Below, piece after piece: positions 47,199 to 56,599 of a stretch of DNA of 64,000 nucleotides. Source of the stretch: Candidatus Ozemobacteraceae bacterium. Its GTDB lineage: Bacteria > Muiribacteriota > Ozemobacteria > Ozemobacterales > Ozemobacteraceae. The stretch's first letter is position 1; each line of letters opens with the position of its first letter. Under the pieces are notes generated by a model. It was not told the DNA's origin, ran no database searches, and saw only the letters and a list, made by a program, of their open reading frames with translations. The position numbers and the translations under genes were made by a program. Location: assembly GCA_965140445.1 (NCBI GenBank), contig OZ223236.1, forward strand, positions 3,936,001 through 4,000,000. The letters are read 5' to 3'.

Positions 47199-47765
47199 TT
47201 ATTTTTTCGCTCTTTCCAGATAATCACCGGTTCGAGTATCAACCCGAATAATTTCACCAGCTTCAATAAACATTGGAACAGTTACTACATGACCACCCGC
47301 ACAGGTTACAGGTTTGTTACCGCCACTGGCAGTATTCCCTTTCACATTTGGCGGAGCATCAACAACTTCAAGCTCTACGGAAGGCGGCAATTCAATATCT
47401 ATGGCCAATCCATCATGGATTTTAACATACAAGGACATTTCTTCCATCAAAAATTTGATAGAATCACCTAATATACTCTTATCCATTTCCATTTGTTCAT
47501 AGGTTTCAATATCCATGAAATGCAGGAAATTATCTGAAGTATACAGGTATTGCATTTGTCTTGTCTCTACAGTAGCTTCTTCAACCTTCTCAGTTGTCTG
47601 AAAACGTTGTTGAAATATTGCCCCTGTTTTAAGGCTTTTCAATTTTGATTGCGCCATGGCTCTCCAGTTACCTGGTCGAACAAATTCGACTTCAGTTACC
47701 TGGCAAAGTTCGTTGTTGTGCATGATAACCATGCCTTTTCTCAGGTCATTTGCAGTGATTGTCAT
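47199..47765 (-). CDS. efp: Translation elongation factor P (Asn-loop variant)
   Basis: 188 aa; ANDLRKG, QYLY...FMDIETYEQ, KGNTASGGNKP, VPMFI..GE.I.VDTRTGDYLER. Confidence 0.95.
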   Translation of the reverse strand: MTITANDLRKGMVIMHNNELCQVTEVEFVRPGNWRAMAQSKLKSLKTGAIFQQRFQTTEKVEEATVETRQMQYLYTSDNFLHFMDIETYEQMEMDKSILGDSIKFLMEEMSLYVKIHDGLAIDIELPPSVELEVVDAPPNVKGNTASGGNKPVTCAGGHVVTVPMFIEAGEIIRVDTRTGDYLERAKK

Positions 47766-48101
47766 TGACTATCTCTCCTGGCTGGATTGGTATCGGCAGA
47801 GTATATCATATTTTTCACCATAATTTTAGGATTTTTTAATCGAACCGAAAATCAATCATTTTTATGATAAACCATATAAAAATAAAACGTTTTTATAATT
47901 TTAAACAAAACTCTTATTTAATATCATTTTTAAACAAACTTAATCATTATTTAAAAAATATTATCACTTCATCAATTCAAATTTCCCGCAAAACTCCATA
48001 ATATAGAACGGCCCTAAGATTTCTCTCCTATTCTACCGATATTACTCTGTAAGAACTTTTCATTCCCGATTTCACACCAACCAGACTACACGGAGGAAAT
48101 T

Positions 48102-48926
48102 TTGAACAGCGGCGTAATCAACGGAATAATTCAAGGAACAATCCAAGGACTAACGGAATTTCTTCCCGTTTCGAGTTCAGGGCATCTAACCCTTTTTCAA
48201 CACTTTACGAATCAAACCAACCTGGAAGCAAATATGTCGATGGACATTTCTGTTCATTTAGGCACCCTGTTCGCCGTTGCATTTTACTTTCGCAACGACC
48301 TGATTCCCTTTTTTAAGCCATCAAACTGGAAAAATGAAAAGATCCGCAAAACAGCCCTTTTGATTATTGCAGCGACAATACCTACCGGACTCATTGGAAT
48401 TGGCTTCAAAAAACAATTTGAAGCTCTGTTTGCTTCCCCGGTCCTGGTTTGTGTTGCGCTTTTTTTGACAGGCTTGATTCTTCTAATTTCTGAAAAACGC
48501 AAAAATTCAGCAGATCAAACAAAAGAAATTTCCGATTTGAGTCTAAAGAACGCCGTTGCAATTGGAATAGCCCAAGGCTTTGCAATCACCCCAGGCATTT
48601 CTCGATCTGGCTCAACCATCAGCGCAGGCCTGCTTTCAAAGCTAACAGGAGAAGACGCTGCAAAATTTTCATTTTTACTTATGATTCCAGCCGTAAGTGG
48701 CGCAACCCTGCTTGAAGTGCGAAAAATATTAAAAGCGGGTCTTCCCGATGGGGTCGACTGGGCATCTTTAACTTCAGGTTTTTCCGCTTCCCTTATCGTT
48801 GGCTTTTTAGCCTTAAATCTTCTTGTGTATATAATCAAAAAACAAAAGCTTAGCTTGTTCTCATACTACCTTTTCGCTGTTTCTATCGTATGTGGAACAC
48901 TTATTCTATTCCCGGGGATAATGTAA
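48102..48926 (+). CDS. uppP: Undecaprenyl-diphosphate phosphatase
   Basis: QGLTEFLPVSSSGHL and PGISRSGSTI motifs; GGAGG RBS before the TTG start. Confidence 0.95.
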   Translation: MNSGVINGIIQGTIQGLTEFLPVSSSGHLTLFQHFTNQTNLEANMSMDISVHLGTLFAVAFYFRNDLIPFFKPSNWKNEKIRKTALLIIAATIPTGLIGIGFKKQFEALFASPVLVCVALFLTGLILLISEKRKNSADQTKEISDLSLKNAVAIGIAQGFAITPGISRSGSTISAGLLSKLTGEDAAKFSFLLMIPAVSGATLLEVRKILKAGLPDGVDWASLTSGFSASLIVGFLALNLLVYIIKKQKLSLFSYYLFAVSIVCGTLILFPGIM

Positions 48927-51685
48927 TGAAATCTAAAAAAATTCTTCTTCCTGAAAGCCCGCTGGCCGAACGACAAAAAGCTCGTCCAAAAAAGAGCTCC
49001 ACCAACAGTGGGCCCTCAAGAACTCGAAAAAGCAAAACTCGTCCCCTGCCATTCATGGTAGATGCCAGACAGCGCAACGAAGCTATTGGCCTCGTAATGG
49101 TTGGCTTCAGCGCTTTTATCTTTTCACTTCTCCACTACCTTAGCGGAAGCAAGATTTCTGGCCTTATCAACGCATCAATGGTTTATCTCGGAATTGGTGT
49201 TTACATAGTTCCTCTTCTCATAGGTTTAATGGGAATTCAAAGATTTCTGGAACGACCTTTTCAAAATCTCCCATGGAGAATTGCAGGAAGCCTTGGCGTT
49301 ATGACCTTTGGCCTTGGTCTTCTCGGACTTGAAGGTGGCAAAGTTGGAGTCTATACCTTAAGACTTTTCACCGCTTTTTTTGGTGTTATTCCAAGCAAAA
49401 TTTTGTTTACTTTTCTTGTTCTCGCTTCGCTAATCTTTGCCCTGGACATACTTTACAAAGATGTTCTCGCAGCTGGTCTCGTGTGCGCAAGCCTGACAAC
49501 CAAACTTCTTATTTTCTGCTGGGAAGTTCTTTTAAGCCTATGCTCAATGATGATTAATGCTGTAAAAACTACGGGAAGTTTAATTTCAGCTATCTTTGGA
49601 AGAGTTAAACAGGTTTACGAAGACAACGACATTGATCCGGCAGCTCAAATTGGAAAACTACTCTCCTTTTCTCCCAAACCACAAACAGTTGAAGGACTGG
49701 AAGTAGACGAAGAAGACTTAATAGATGAAAGCAAAGTTGAAATTAATACAAAAGCCTCTACTCCCACTAGCGTAATCACAGAGGAAGAAGAAGCCACAGT
49801 AATTCCCATGCCACAAATCTGGCAGGGAGCATCTCAAGCGGAAGAAGAAAAAGATGAATCTCAAGCATCCGCAGCAACCATTCCTTTAACAGGATCTTCA
49901 GTAATTTCTGTTCAGGTATCCAACATAAGTCCAATGACTTTGGCCGAAACAGGAATTCCCTCTTTTGATGCGGGAAACACCACTCCCCCACCCCACCAGA
50001 CAGAAGAAGATTATTCGGCTTTTGAAGGAATTCAAGAGGACGACTCAAGCGATTTTGACGTGGACTATGAAGAAGACGAAATGGAAGTTGTGGTTCACCT
50101 TGAAGACTCTATCGTTCAAAGGGAAGATAACGATGAAGATCAAGAGCCAGACGCTGTTTATTTAGAAGACAACAGAATTGATCTGGAAATCAAAAACGAT
50201 GAACTGGAGAATAGCACCGAATATAAGAATCCTTATGCCGAGTCAAAGCTTCCTCCATTATCCCTCTTAAAAATTGCCCCTCCCAGAGACTCCTCTCAGG
50301 CACAGTCAGATTTAAGCCTAAGTTCATCACTACTATTAAAAACCCTGGAAGACTTTGGAATTAAAGCATCAATAACAGCAGTTGTTGAAGGCCCTGCAAT
50401 TTCAAGATTTGAACTAAAACCTGCTCCTGGGGTAAAAGTATCCAGAATTACCACGCTGGTCGACGACATCGCCCTGGCATTAGCGGCACAATCAATAAGA
50501 ATTGAAGCTCCAATACCTGGAAAACCTGCACTTGGTATTGAAATTCCAAATGCTCATCCAACACCGGTATATTTTTATGACCTGCTTAAGCATGATAAAT
50601 TCTTAACAAAGAAAACCTCATTAAATCTTGCTCTTGGAGTAACAATTAATGGCAAACCTGTTTTTGCAGATCTAACAGAAATGCCTCATCTTCTGATCGC
50701 TGGTTCAACCGGTTCAGGAAAATCAGTTTGTGTAAACACAATTATCGCCAGCATTCTTTATCAAGCCAGAGCCGATCAGGTTAAATTTGTAATGATCGAT
50801 CCTAAAATGGTTGAGCTATCATCTTATAATGGAATTCCCCACCTCATATCTCCAGTTGTTACTGATCCAGCTAAAGCCTCGGCTGCTTTGATGTGGGCCG
50901 TTGAAGAAATGGAAAGAAGATATGAACTTTTGGCATGCTGTGGAGTAAGAAAAATCTCCACATACAATGAAGATCTTGAAAGATTAAGGAAAGAATTTGA
51001 TAGTCAGCTTGAGCCAATGCCATTTATTGTGATAATAATTGATGAGCTTGCAGACTTAATGATGACAGCCTCTGCAGAAGTTGAAGGATCAATATGTAGA
51101 TTGGCCCAGATGGCCCGTGCAGTGGGAATTCATCTTATAATCGCAACTCAAAGGCCTTCGGTTAATGTTCTTACAGGTTTAATTAAAGCGAATCTTCCAT
51201 CAAGAATTGCTTTTTCTGTTACTTCCGCGATAGACTCTCGAACGATACTTGACGCGAAAGGTGCAGAAAGACTTCTGGGGAAAGGTGATATGCTATTTGT
51301 TCCAAAGGGAAGAAACAAACCTTTAAGAATACAGGGTGCATTTATTTCTGACAGAGAATTGATGGATATCACAGAATATGTTAAATCTCAGGGGCAACCA
51401 GAATATATGGATATTGCACCTGATAAAGTAGACGAGGACGAAGATGACAACGATGATGAACTGGACAAAACAGCAAGTGCAGATGAAAAATTGATGGCAA
51501 GCATAGTAAAATATCTTGAGACTCAAGAAAAAACTTCTACAAGTATGCTTCAAAGAAAGTTCCGAATCGGTTATAATAGGGCAGCCCGTATCATGGATAT
51601 GCTTGAAGAAACTGGTATGGTAGGCCCATCAGACGGATCAAATAAACGTAGAGTTCTTTGCGGAAGGAGTAATTCTCAGATATGA
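48926..51685 (+). CDS. ftsK: DNA translocase FtsK/SpoIIIE
   Basis: N-terminal TM domain, acidic linker, PHLLIAGSTGSGKS, IIIDELADLMM, ATQRPS, GAERLLGKGDML, gamma domain LQRKFRIGYNRAARI. The ATG at 48926 overlaps the uppP TAA. Confidence 0.95.
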   Translation: MKSKKILLPESPLAERQKARPKKSSTNSGPSRTRKSKTRPLPFMVDARQRNEAIGLVMVGFSAFIFSLLHYLSGSKISGLINASMVYLGIGVYIVPLLIGLMGIQRFLERPFQNLPWRIAGSLGVMTFGLGLLGLEGGKVGVYTLRLFTAFFGVIPSKILFTFLVLASLIFALDILYKDVLAAGLVCASLTTKLLIFCWEVLLSLCSMMINAVKTTGSLISAIFGRVKQVYEDNDIDPAAQIGKLLSFSPKPQTVEGLEVDEEDLIDESKVEINTKASTPTSVITEEEEATVIPMPQIWQGASQAEEEKDESQASAATIPLTGSSVISVQVSNISPMTLAETGIPSFDAGNTTPPPHQTEEDYSAFEGIQEDDSSDFDVDYEEDEMEVVVHLEDSIVQREDNDEDQEPDAVYLEDNRIDLEIKNDELENSTEYKNPYAESKLPPLSLLKIAPPRDSSQAQSDLSLSSSLLLKTLEDFGIKASITAVVEGPAISRFELKPAPGVKVSRITTLVDDIALALAAQSIRIEAPIPGKPALGIEIPNAHPTPVYFYDLLKHDKFLTKKTSLNLALGVTINGKPVFADLTEMPHLLIAGSTGSGKSVCVNTIIASILYQARADQVKFVMIDPKMVELSSYNGIPHLISPVVTDPAKASAALMWAVEEMERRYELLACCGVRKISTYNEDLERLRKEFDSQLEPMPFIVIIIDELADLMMTASAEVEGSICRLAQMARAVGIHLIIATQRPSVNVLTGLIKANLPSRIAFSVTSAIDSRTILDAKGAERLLGKGDMLFVPKGRNKPLRIQGAFISDRELMDITEYVKSQGQPEYMDIAPDKVDEDEDDNDDELDKTASADEKLMASIVKYLETQEKTSTSMLQRKFRIGYNRAARIMDMLEETGMVGPSDGSNKRRVLCGRSNSQI

Positions 51686-54600
51686 GCAAGGAGATTTGCC
51701 CATTTCTCGGCAATATTAGAGGAGAAAATCGCATTGGTCACACCTGCTTGCAGGAGCAATGCATGTTTTATCACGCTGAAGAAACAAAATGTATTTTCCA
51801 GCAAATCGGCACAGCTTCAAGAGATTATCTGGGTTCGCTAAAAAAATTAGCGGAGCAGAACGAGTTGAAGCTTATTAAAGAAAGACTTGAGACCTTTTCT
51901 AAAGATGAAATCCTTGACAGGGTGTCTCTTTATATCAGTCAAGCCGGAATAGCAAAGAACAAGGGAAGCCTCGAAAGAGCTCTCCTGGACTATAAAAAAG
52001 CACTTATTCTTGACCCAAAAAACTCTAAAATTCATAAGTCTCTGGGCGACATTTATTCTGTCCAGGGTGTAATTGATGAGGCCATTTCATCCTATAAGCA
52101 AGCTTTAAAAACTGATCCACAGAACGGGGAAGTCTGGATCAGACTAATTCTCCAATATCGTGCACTTTATTCAAACCTTCCTGACCGTGAAAAACGATAC
52201 AAAGACGTGACCGAAAAGCTTCGTGATGAGCTTCGACTCCTTGAAAGTGAGTCCACTGCAAATTGTATAATGGGTAACATCCTGTTAATACTTCATTCGC
52301 AAGATTCAGACACGTTTATTGAGCAGCGCAAAGAAGCCAGAACTCTTATGGAACGAGCTCTGGAAATAAACCCAGCAAATCTCTGGGCCCATCTCGGTTT
52401 GAAAGACCTTCAGATTTATGATGGTGAATACGAAAAGGCTATTGAACAACTGAACACTGCAATCAAGCAGATTCCAGACCAGCCGAGATTAATTTTTGAA
52501 CTAGGCGAATGCTACCTGCTCTCTCAGGCTGAACATGCGATGATTACAGAAGAAGCTCTCGAAAAAGCCCAGGAAAGCTACAAAAGCGCTCTTGAGCTTA
52601 ACCCAAGCTATGCACCTGCATATTTCAGAGTTGCTTTCATCTGTGAACAAAAAGCTAATTATGACCAGGCCGTTGAGTATTACCACCTCGGTCTCAACAT
52701 AAATCCTACAAATGTTTTTGCCCATTATCGACTTGGAAAAATCCATCTTCTGATGGGAATGGTTGAAATGGCGACAACAAGATTCAAGGAAGTTATTGAG
52801 CTTTCCCGCAATAGATCACGTGAGATCTATCAGGAAGGTTATCTCTTTAATAAACTTAGATTTTTCAAAGAAGCCAACGCTCTCGGTGCGTGGATTGAAC
52901 TTGGAAAAATCTATGTTAAGCGCCGTCAATACGACGATGCTCTTGAGGCTTTCCAAAAAGCTTTGAACATCGACAAATCAAGTCCATTGGCTGTAATGAA
53001 TCAAATCGATCTTTACAGAATCAGATCACAGGACAACAAAGACGCTGAAACCATTTACAACAAGTATATTGAGCAATTTAAAAATGAAGCGATGGTGGAT
53101 TTCCAGAATCCTATTGCCCATTTCTCACTTGCTTATGCCTGTCAGGTTTTCACTTCTGTTCTGCCAGAAAAACAGGAAGAACGCCTTGAAGAAGCCCTTA
53201 ACGGCTATCAAATGGCAATTAACCTGGACCCGAATTTCAAATGGGCTTTCTGGGGGCTTAAAAATGCGTATCTTTCAAATGTTGAAGGCAGCGGTCCCCT
53301 TTATGAGTCTGCACTCGACGCTTGTAACTGCGTAATAAACCTTGATCCGGAAGATCCTAGCGGATATTTTGAGGCTGGCGATGTTTATCGCAAGATGATG
53401 AATTTGTCTGAAGCTTATGAATTCTTTGAAAAAGCTACCCAAAAAGACAAAACTTTCATTCCTGCATATCTGAATATGGCAGAAATAAGATTCCAGGAAG
53501 GCCTGGAAGACGAAGCCATAAAACTTTATCAAAAAGTAATTCGAATTAATCCTAACTTTGCTCAGGGCTACTTCGAGCTCGGTAAAGTATACAAGGCGAT
53601 TAATGAAAGCGAAAAAGCTCTTGCAAACCTTCGCAAAGCTATCGAGCTTGATATTGACTATATCGAATCTCATTTCTACATTGGTCAGATTTCCTTTGAA
53701 GAAGGCAATCTCGACACCGCCAAAGTTAGATTTAACAGAGTTATTGAACTTGATCCTACTCATGTTGAAGCCCACTACTCCCTTGGCCTTCTTTACCATA
53801 AAGCTGGTAAGTTCCAGCAGGCCATTGAAGAATTTAACAACGCTATAAGTCTTTCTGAAGATCCAACCAGAATTCAGTTTGATCTTTCCAGATTGCACTC
53901 AGATGCAAAAGACTGGAAAGCGGCAAAAGATATTCTGGAAAAGGTTATTAGTCAGAAACCAGATTTTATTGAAGCAATAATTGAGCACGCAAACACTCTT
54001 GAAATGCTTGAACTAAGCCATGAAGCGGAAGATGAATATCTAAAAGCAATCGAAATTGAACCTGATTGCCTAATCGCTCATGAACGCCTGGCTAAGCTAT
54101 ATGAATCTACAAGTCAGATTTATAAAGCAGAAGATGAATTCAGAAAAGTTGTTGAGCTAAAACCAGACCACGTAAAAGCCCAGATGTCTCTAGCAAGAAT
54201 CTACATTCTTAGAGATCTTCAGGACAAAGCGCTGGATGCGCTTCATAGCGTTGTTGATATTAAGTCAGACATCTTTGAAGCTCACCTTGAAATGGCCCGC
54301 ATTTATCATTCAAGAAACGCTCTGGACAGAGCCGTTGAAGCTTATAAAGAAGCAATCTTGATTAACTCCAATGACTTTCAGGCTCACCAGGAGCTTGCAA
54401 ACGTTTATCTGAGTAAAGACGACTATGGTCATGCCATGGAAGAGCTTAAGCTGGCTCTGGAAATAGAACCTTCTCTTCCTGAGGCACTTTTAAACCTTGG
54501 AGAACTTTATTACCATTCAGAACATTACTCTGAAGCAGGAAACTGCTACCGCCGTCTGGTAGAAATGGACCCGCAAAATCATTCAGCCAGATTCCGACTT

Positions 54601-56532
54601 GCAGAAACCTACTATCATTGTGGTCAGCTTGAAAAAGCTCTTGATGAATATCTCAAGGTTGCTGAAATCAACGAAGATCGAACAGATGCGTTAATAAGAC
54701 TAGGCAAGATCTACGCTTCCCTTGAAAAATGGGAAGATGCAGCCAAATTCTACAGCAAAGTATTTGAAACCGATCCTCAGAATTCAATTATTCATTTTGA
54801 ACTCGGAAAGGTATACGATCACCTTAACCGCCTCACTGATGCACTTCACGAATTCGAAGCGGCATTGGAAAGAGAACCGGAAAATCCAGAAATTGTAACT
54901 CAAATTGGATTGATTCACCGCAAACAGGGAAATCTGGATCTTGCGATAGACAGATTCACCAGAGCGATTCAACTCGACAGTTCAAATCCGCTTCCTCACA
55001 GAGAGCTGGCCATGGCCTACATCAACAAAGGGCGCGTGGATAAAGCTATTGGTGAGTTTAAAGAAGCTCTGGAATTTGAACCAGACAACATCCACGTTAA
55101 TATTGAATTGGCAAAAGCTTATGCAAGTCAGGGCATAATTGACGAAGCGGTTGAATCTTATAAAAAGGTAATTAGTCTCGATCCGAGAAATTCTGCGGCG
55201 CACTTTGAACTTGGGGCGATCTACTCGACTCAAGGCCTCAATGACAGTGCAATAAGTGAATTCAAAACAGTTATTGGACTTGCTCCAACCCATACTCGAG
55301 CTCATCTTGAACTTGCAAGACATCTTCGAGATACTGGACATATGCAGGAGTCTATTGCTGAATTCCAGAAAGCATCACGTCTGGAACCAGAAAATGCTGT
55401 AATGATTTATGAGCTGGGTGACGTTTATTATCTTCAGGATAATTATGATGAAGCTCTTGAAGCCTTCAACAAGGCACTTGAACTTCAAAGCGACTATGTA
55501 GACGTTTACCAGAAACTTGGAACAATATACGCATCCTTTGAAAACTGGGAAAAAGCAAAAGAAAACTTTGAAAAGGCAATTGAGCTTGAAGCTGAAAACT
55601 ACTCTGTTTACAAAGAACTTGGAGAAGTTTGCGTTAAGCTTTCTGATGTAGACAATGCAGTTAAAGCCTTTGAGAAGGCTCTTGAATATCGACCAGGCGA
55701 TGTGAATATAATCTATCGCCTTGGTGCAAAATACAAAGAGCAACAGAACTACGATGCAATGATACAGCTTTACAGCAAAGCCGTTGAAACTGCACCAAAG
55801 AACGCCCTGTTCTACTTTGAACTTGGTGAAGCTTATCGTGGCAAGGAAGCATTTGCTGAAGCAGCGGGCGAATACGAACAAGCCCTCAGCTTAAATGAGA
55901 ACCTCATTGAATGCATTTACGCACTTGGCGGTATCTACTGGAATGGCCAGAACTTTGACAAAATGATCAAGCTCTATAAAAAGGCTATTAACAGATACCC
56001 AACCAACAGCAGAGCTCACTTTGAACTCGGAAAAGCTTATTACAAGCAACTAAAAATTACCGATGCCATTGATGAATTCAAAAAAGTAATCAATCTTGAC
56101 TCTAATCACTCTGAAGTCTATTTTGAATTGGGTCGATTGTATCTTGATAATGGTATGATTCAGGAAGCAGCCGAAGCACTTGAAAAAGCCACGCAAATCA
56201 CTCCTGACAACGGAGAAGCCTTCTTCTTACTTGGAAAAGCTCTCGAAGGTCAGAATGAAAAAGAAAAAGCTTCTGAAGCTTTCCGAATGGCACAAGGGCA
56301 AATGGCAGAGAATTATGAAGTTCTCATCAGAGTTGGAGCGGATCTTCTTGAAAAAGAACAATTTGAAGAAGCTCTCGCTGAACTTACCAAAGCTTGTGAA
56401 TACAAAGAGGCCAACCATGAGGTATACTTCTTACTGGGCAAAACCCACAGAGGCCTTGGAAATAACGAAGAAGCTGTAAAAGCATTTGAAAAAGCCGATG
56501 AACTAATGGAAGACATGGAGGATGATGATTAA
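51682..56532 (+). CDS. Giant TPR protein (1616 aa) with N-terminal Cys4 motif
   Basis: Dozens of 34-aa TPR units (e.g. AHFELGKAY...A...FKKVINLD); no signal peptide; ATGA overlap with ftsK. Confidence 0.92.
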   Translation: MSKEICPFLGNIRGENRIGHTCLQEQCMFYHAEETKCIFQQIGTASRDYLGSLKKLAEQNELKLIKERLETFSKDEILDRVSLYISQAGIAKNKGSLERALLDYKKALILDPKNSKIHKSLGDIYSVQGVIDEAISSYKQALKTDPQNGEVWIRLILQYRALYSNLPDREKRYKDVTEKLRDELRLLESESTANCIMGNILLILHSQDSDTFIEQRKEARTLMERALEINPANLWAHLGLKDLQIYDGEYEKAIEQLNTAIKQIPDQPRLIFELGECYLLSQAEHAMITEEALEKAQESYKSALELNPSYAPAYFRVAFICEQKANYDQAVEYYHLGLNINPTNVFAHYRLGKIHLLMGMVEMATTRFKEVIELSRNRSREIYQEGYLFNKLRFFKEANALGAWIELGKIYVKRRQYDDALEAFQKALNIDKSSPLAVMNQIDLYRIRSQDNKDAETIYNKYIEQFKNEAMVDFQNPIAHFSLAYACQVFTSVLPEKQEERLEEALNGYQMAINLDPNFKWAFWGLKNAYLSNVEGSGPLYESALDACNCVINLDPEDPSGYFEAGDVYRKMMNLSEAYEFFEKATQKDKTFIPAYLNMAEIRFQEGLEDEAIKLYQKVIRINPNFAQGYFELGKVYKAINESEKALANLRKAIELDIDYIESHFYIGQISFEEGNLDTAKVRFNRVIELDPTHVEAHYSLGLLYHKAGKFQQAIEEFNNAISLSEDPTRIQFDLSRLHSDAKDWKAAKDILEKVISQKPDFIEAIIEHANTLEMLELSHEAEDEYLKAIEIEPDCLIAHERLAKLYESTSQIYKAEDEFRKVVELKPDHVKAQMSLARIYILRDLQDKALDALHSVVDIKSDIFEAHLEMARIYHSRNALDRAVEAYKEAILINSNDFQAHQELANVYLSKDDYGHAMEELKLALEIEPSLPEALLNLGELYYHSEHYSEAGNCYRRLVEMDPQNHSARFRLAETYYHCGQLEKALDEYLKVAEINEDRTDALIRLGKIYASLEKWEDAAKFYSKVFETDPQNSIIHFELGKVYDHLNRLTDALHEFEAALEREPENPEIVTQIGLIHRKQGNLDLAIDRFTRAIQLDSSNPLPHRELAMAYINKGRVDKAIGEFKEALEFEPDNIHVNIELAKAYASQGIIDEAVESYKKVISLDPRNSAAHFELGAIYSTQGLNDSAISEFKTVIGLAPTHTRAHLELARHLRDTGHMQESIAEFQKASRLEPENAVMIYELGDVYYLQDNYDEALEAFNKALELQSDYVDVYQKLGTIYASFENWEKAKENFEKAIELEAENYSVYKELGEVCVKLSDVDNAVKAFEKALEYRPGDVNIIYRLGAKYKEQQNYDAMIQLYSKAVETAPKNALFYFELGEAYRGKEAFAEAAGEYEQALSLNENLIECIYALGGIYWNGQNFDKMIKLYKKAINRYPTNSRAHFELGKAYYKQLKITDAIDEFKKVINLDSNHSEVYFELGRLYLDNGMIQEAAEALEKATQITPDNGEAFFLLGKALEGQNEKEKASEAFRMAQGQMAENYEVLIRVGADLLEKEQFEEALAELTKACEYKEANHEVYFLLGKTHRGLGNNEEAVKAFEKADELMEDMEDDD

Positions 56533-56599
56533 TGCATCCCCTTCTGGCACTTTCAGTATTAATAAATGAATATAATAAGGTATTTGAGGAGACAGCTGA

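Noticed and set aside
48890..48925. ORF-track start of ftsK
   Set aside because: It would overlap uppP by 37 bp; the ATG at 48926 overlapping the uppP stop is the more typical coupled start.
48926..51685. FtsK as a type VII secretion or conjugative ATPase
   Set aside because: It has a single ATPase domain plus the C-terminal gamma domain typical of the chromosomal translocase; there are no WXG100, relaxase or T4SS genes nearby.
53275..55881. Long antisense ORFs (207, 119 and 168 aa) within TPR1, and similar short overlapping ORFs across the window
   Set aside because: They lie fully inside well-supported genes and lack RBS or motifs; this is expected from codon bias on the opposite strand.
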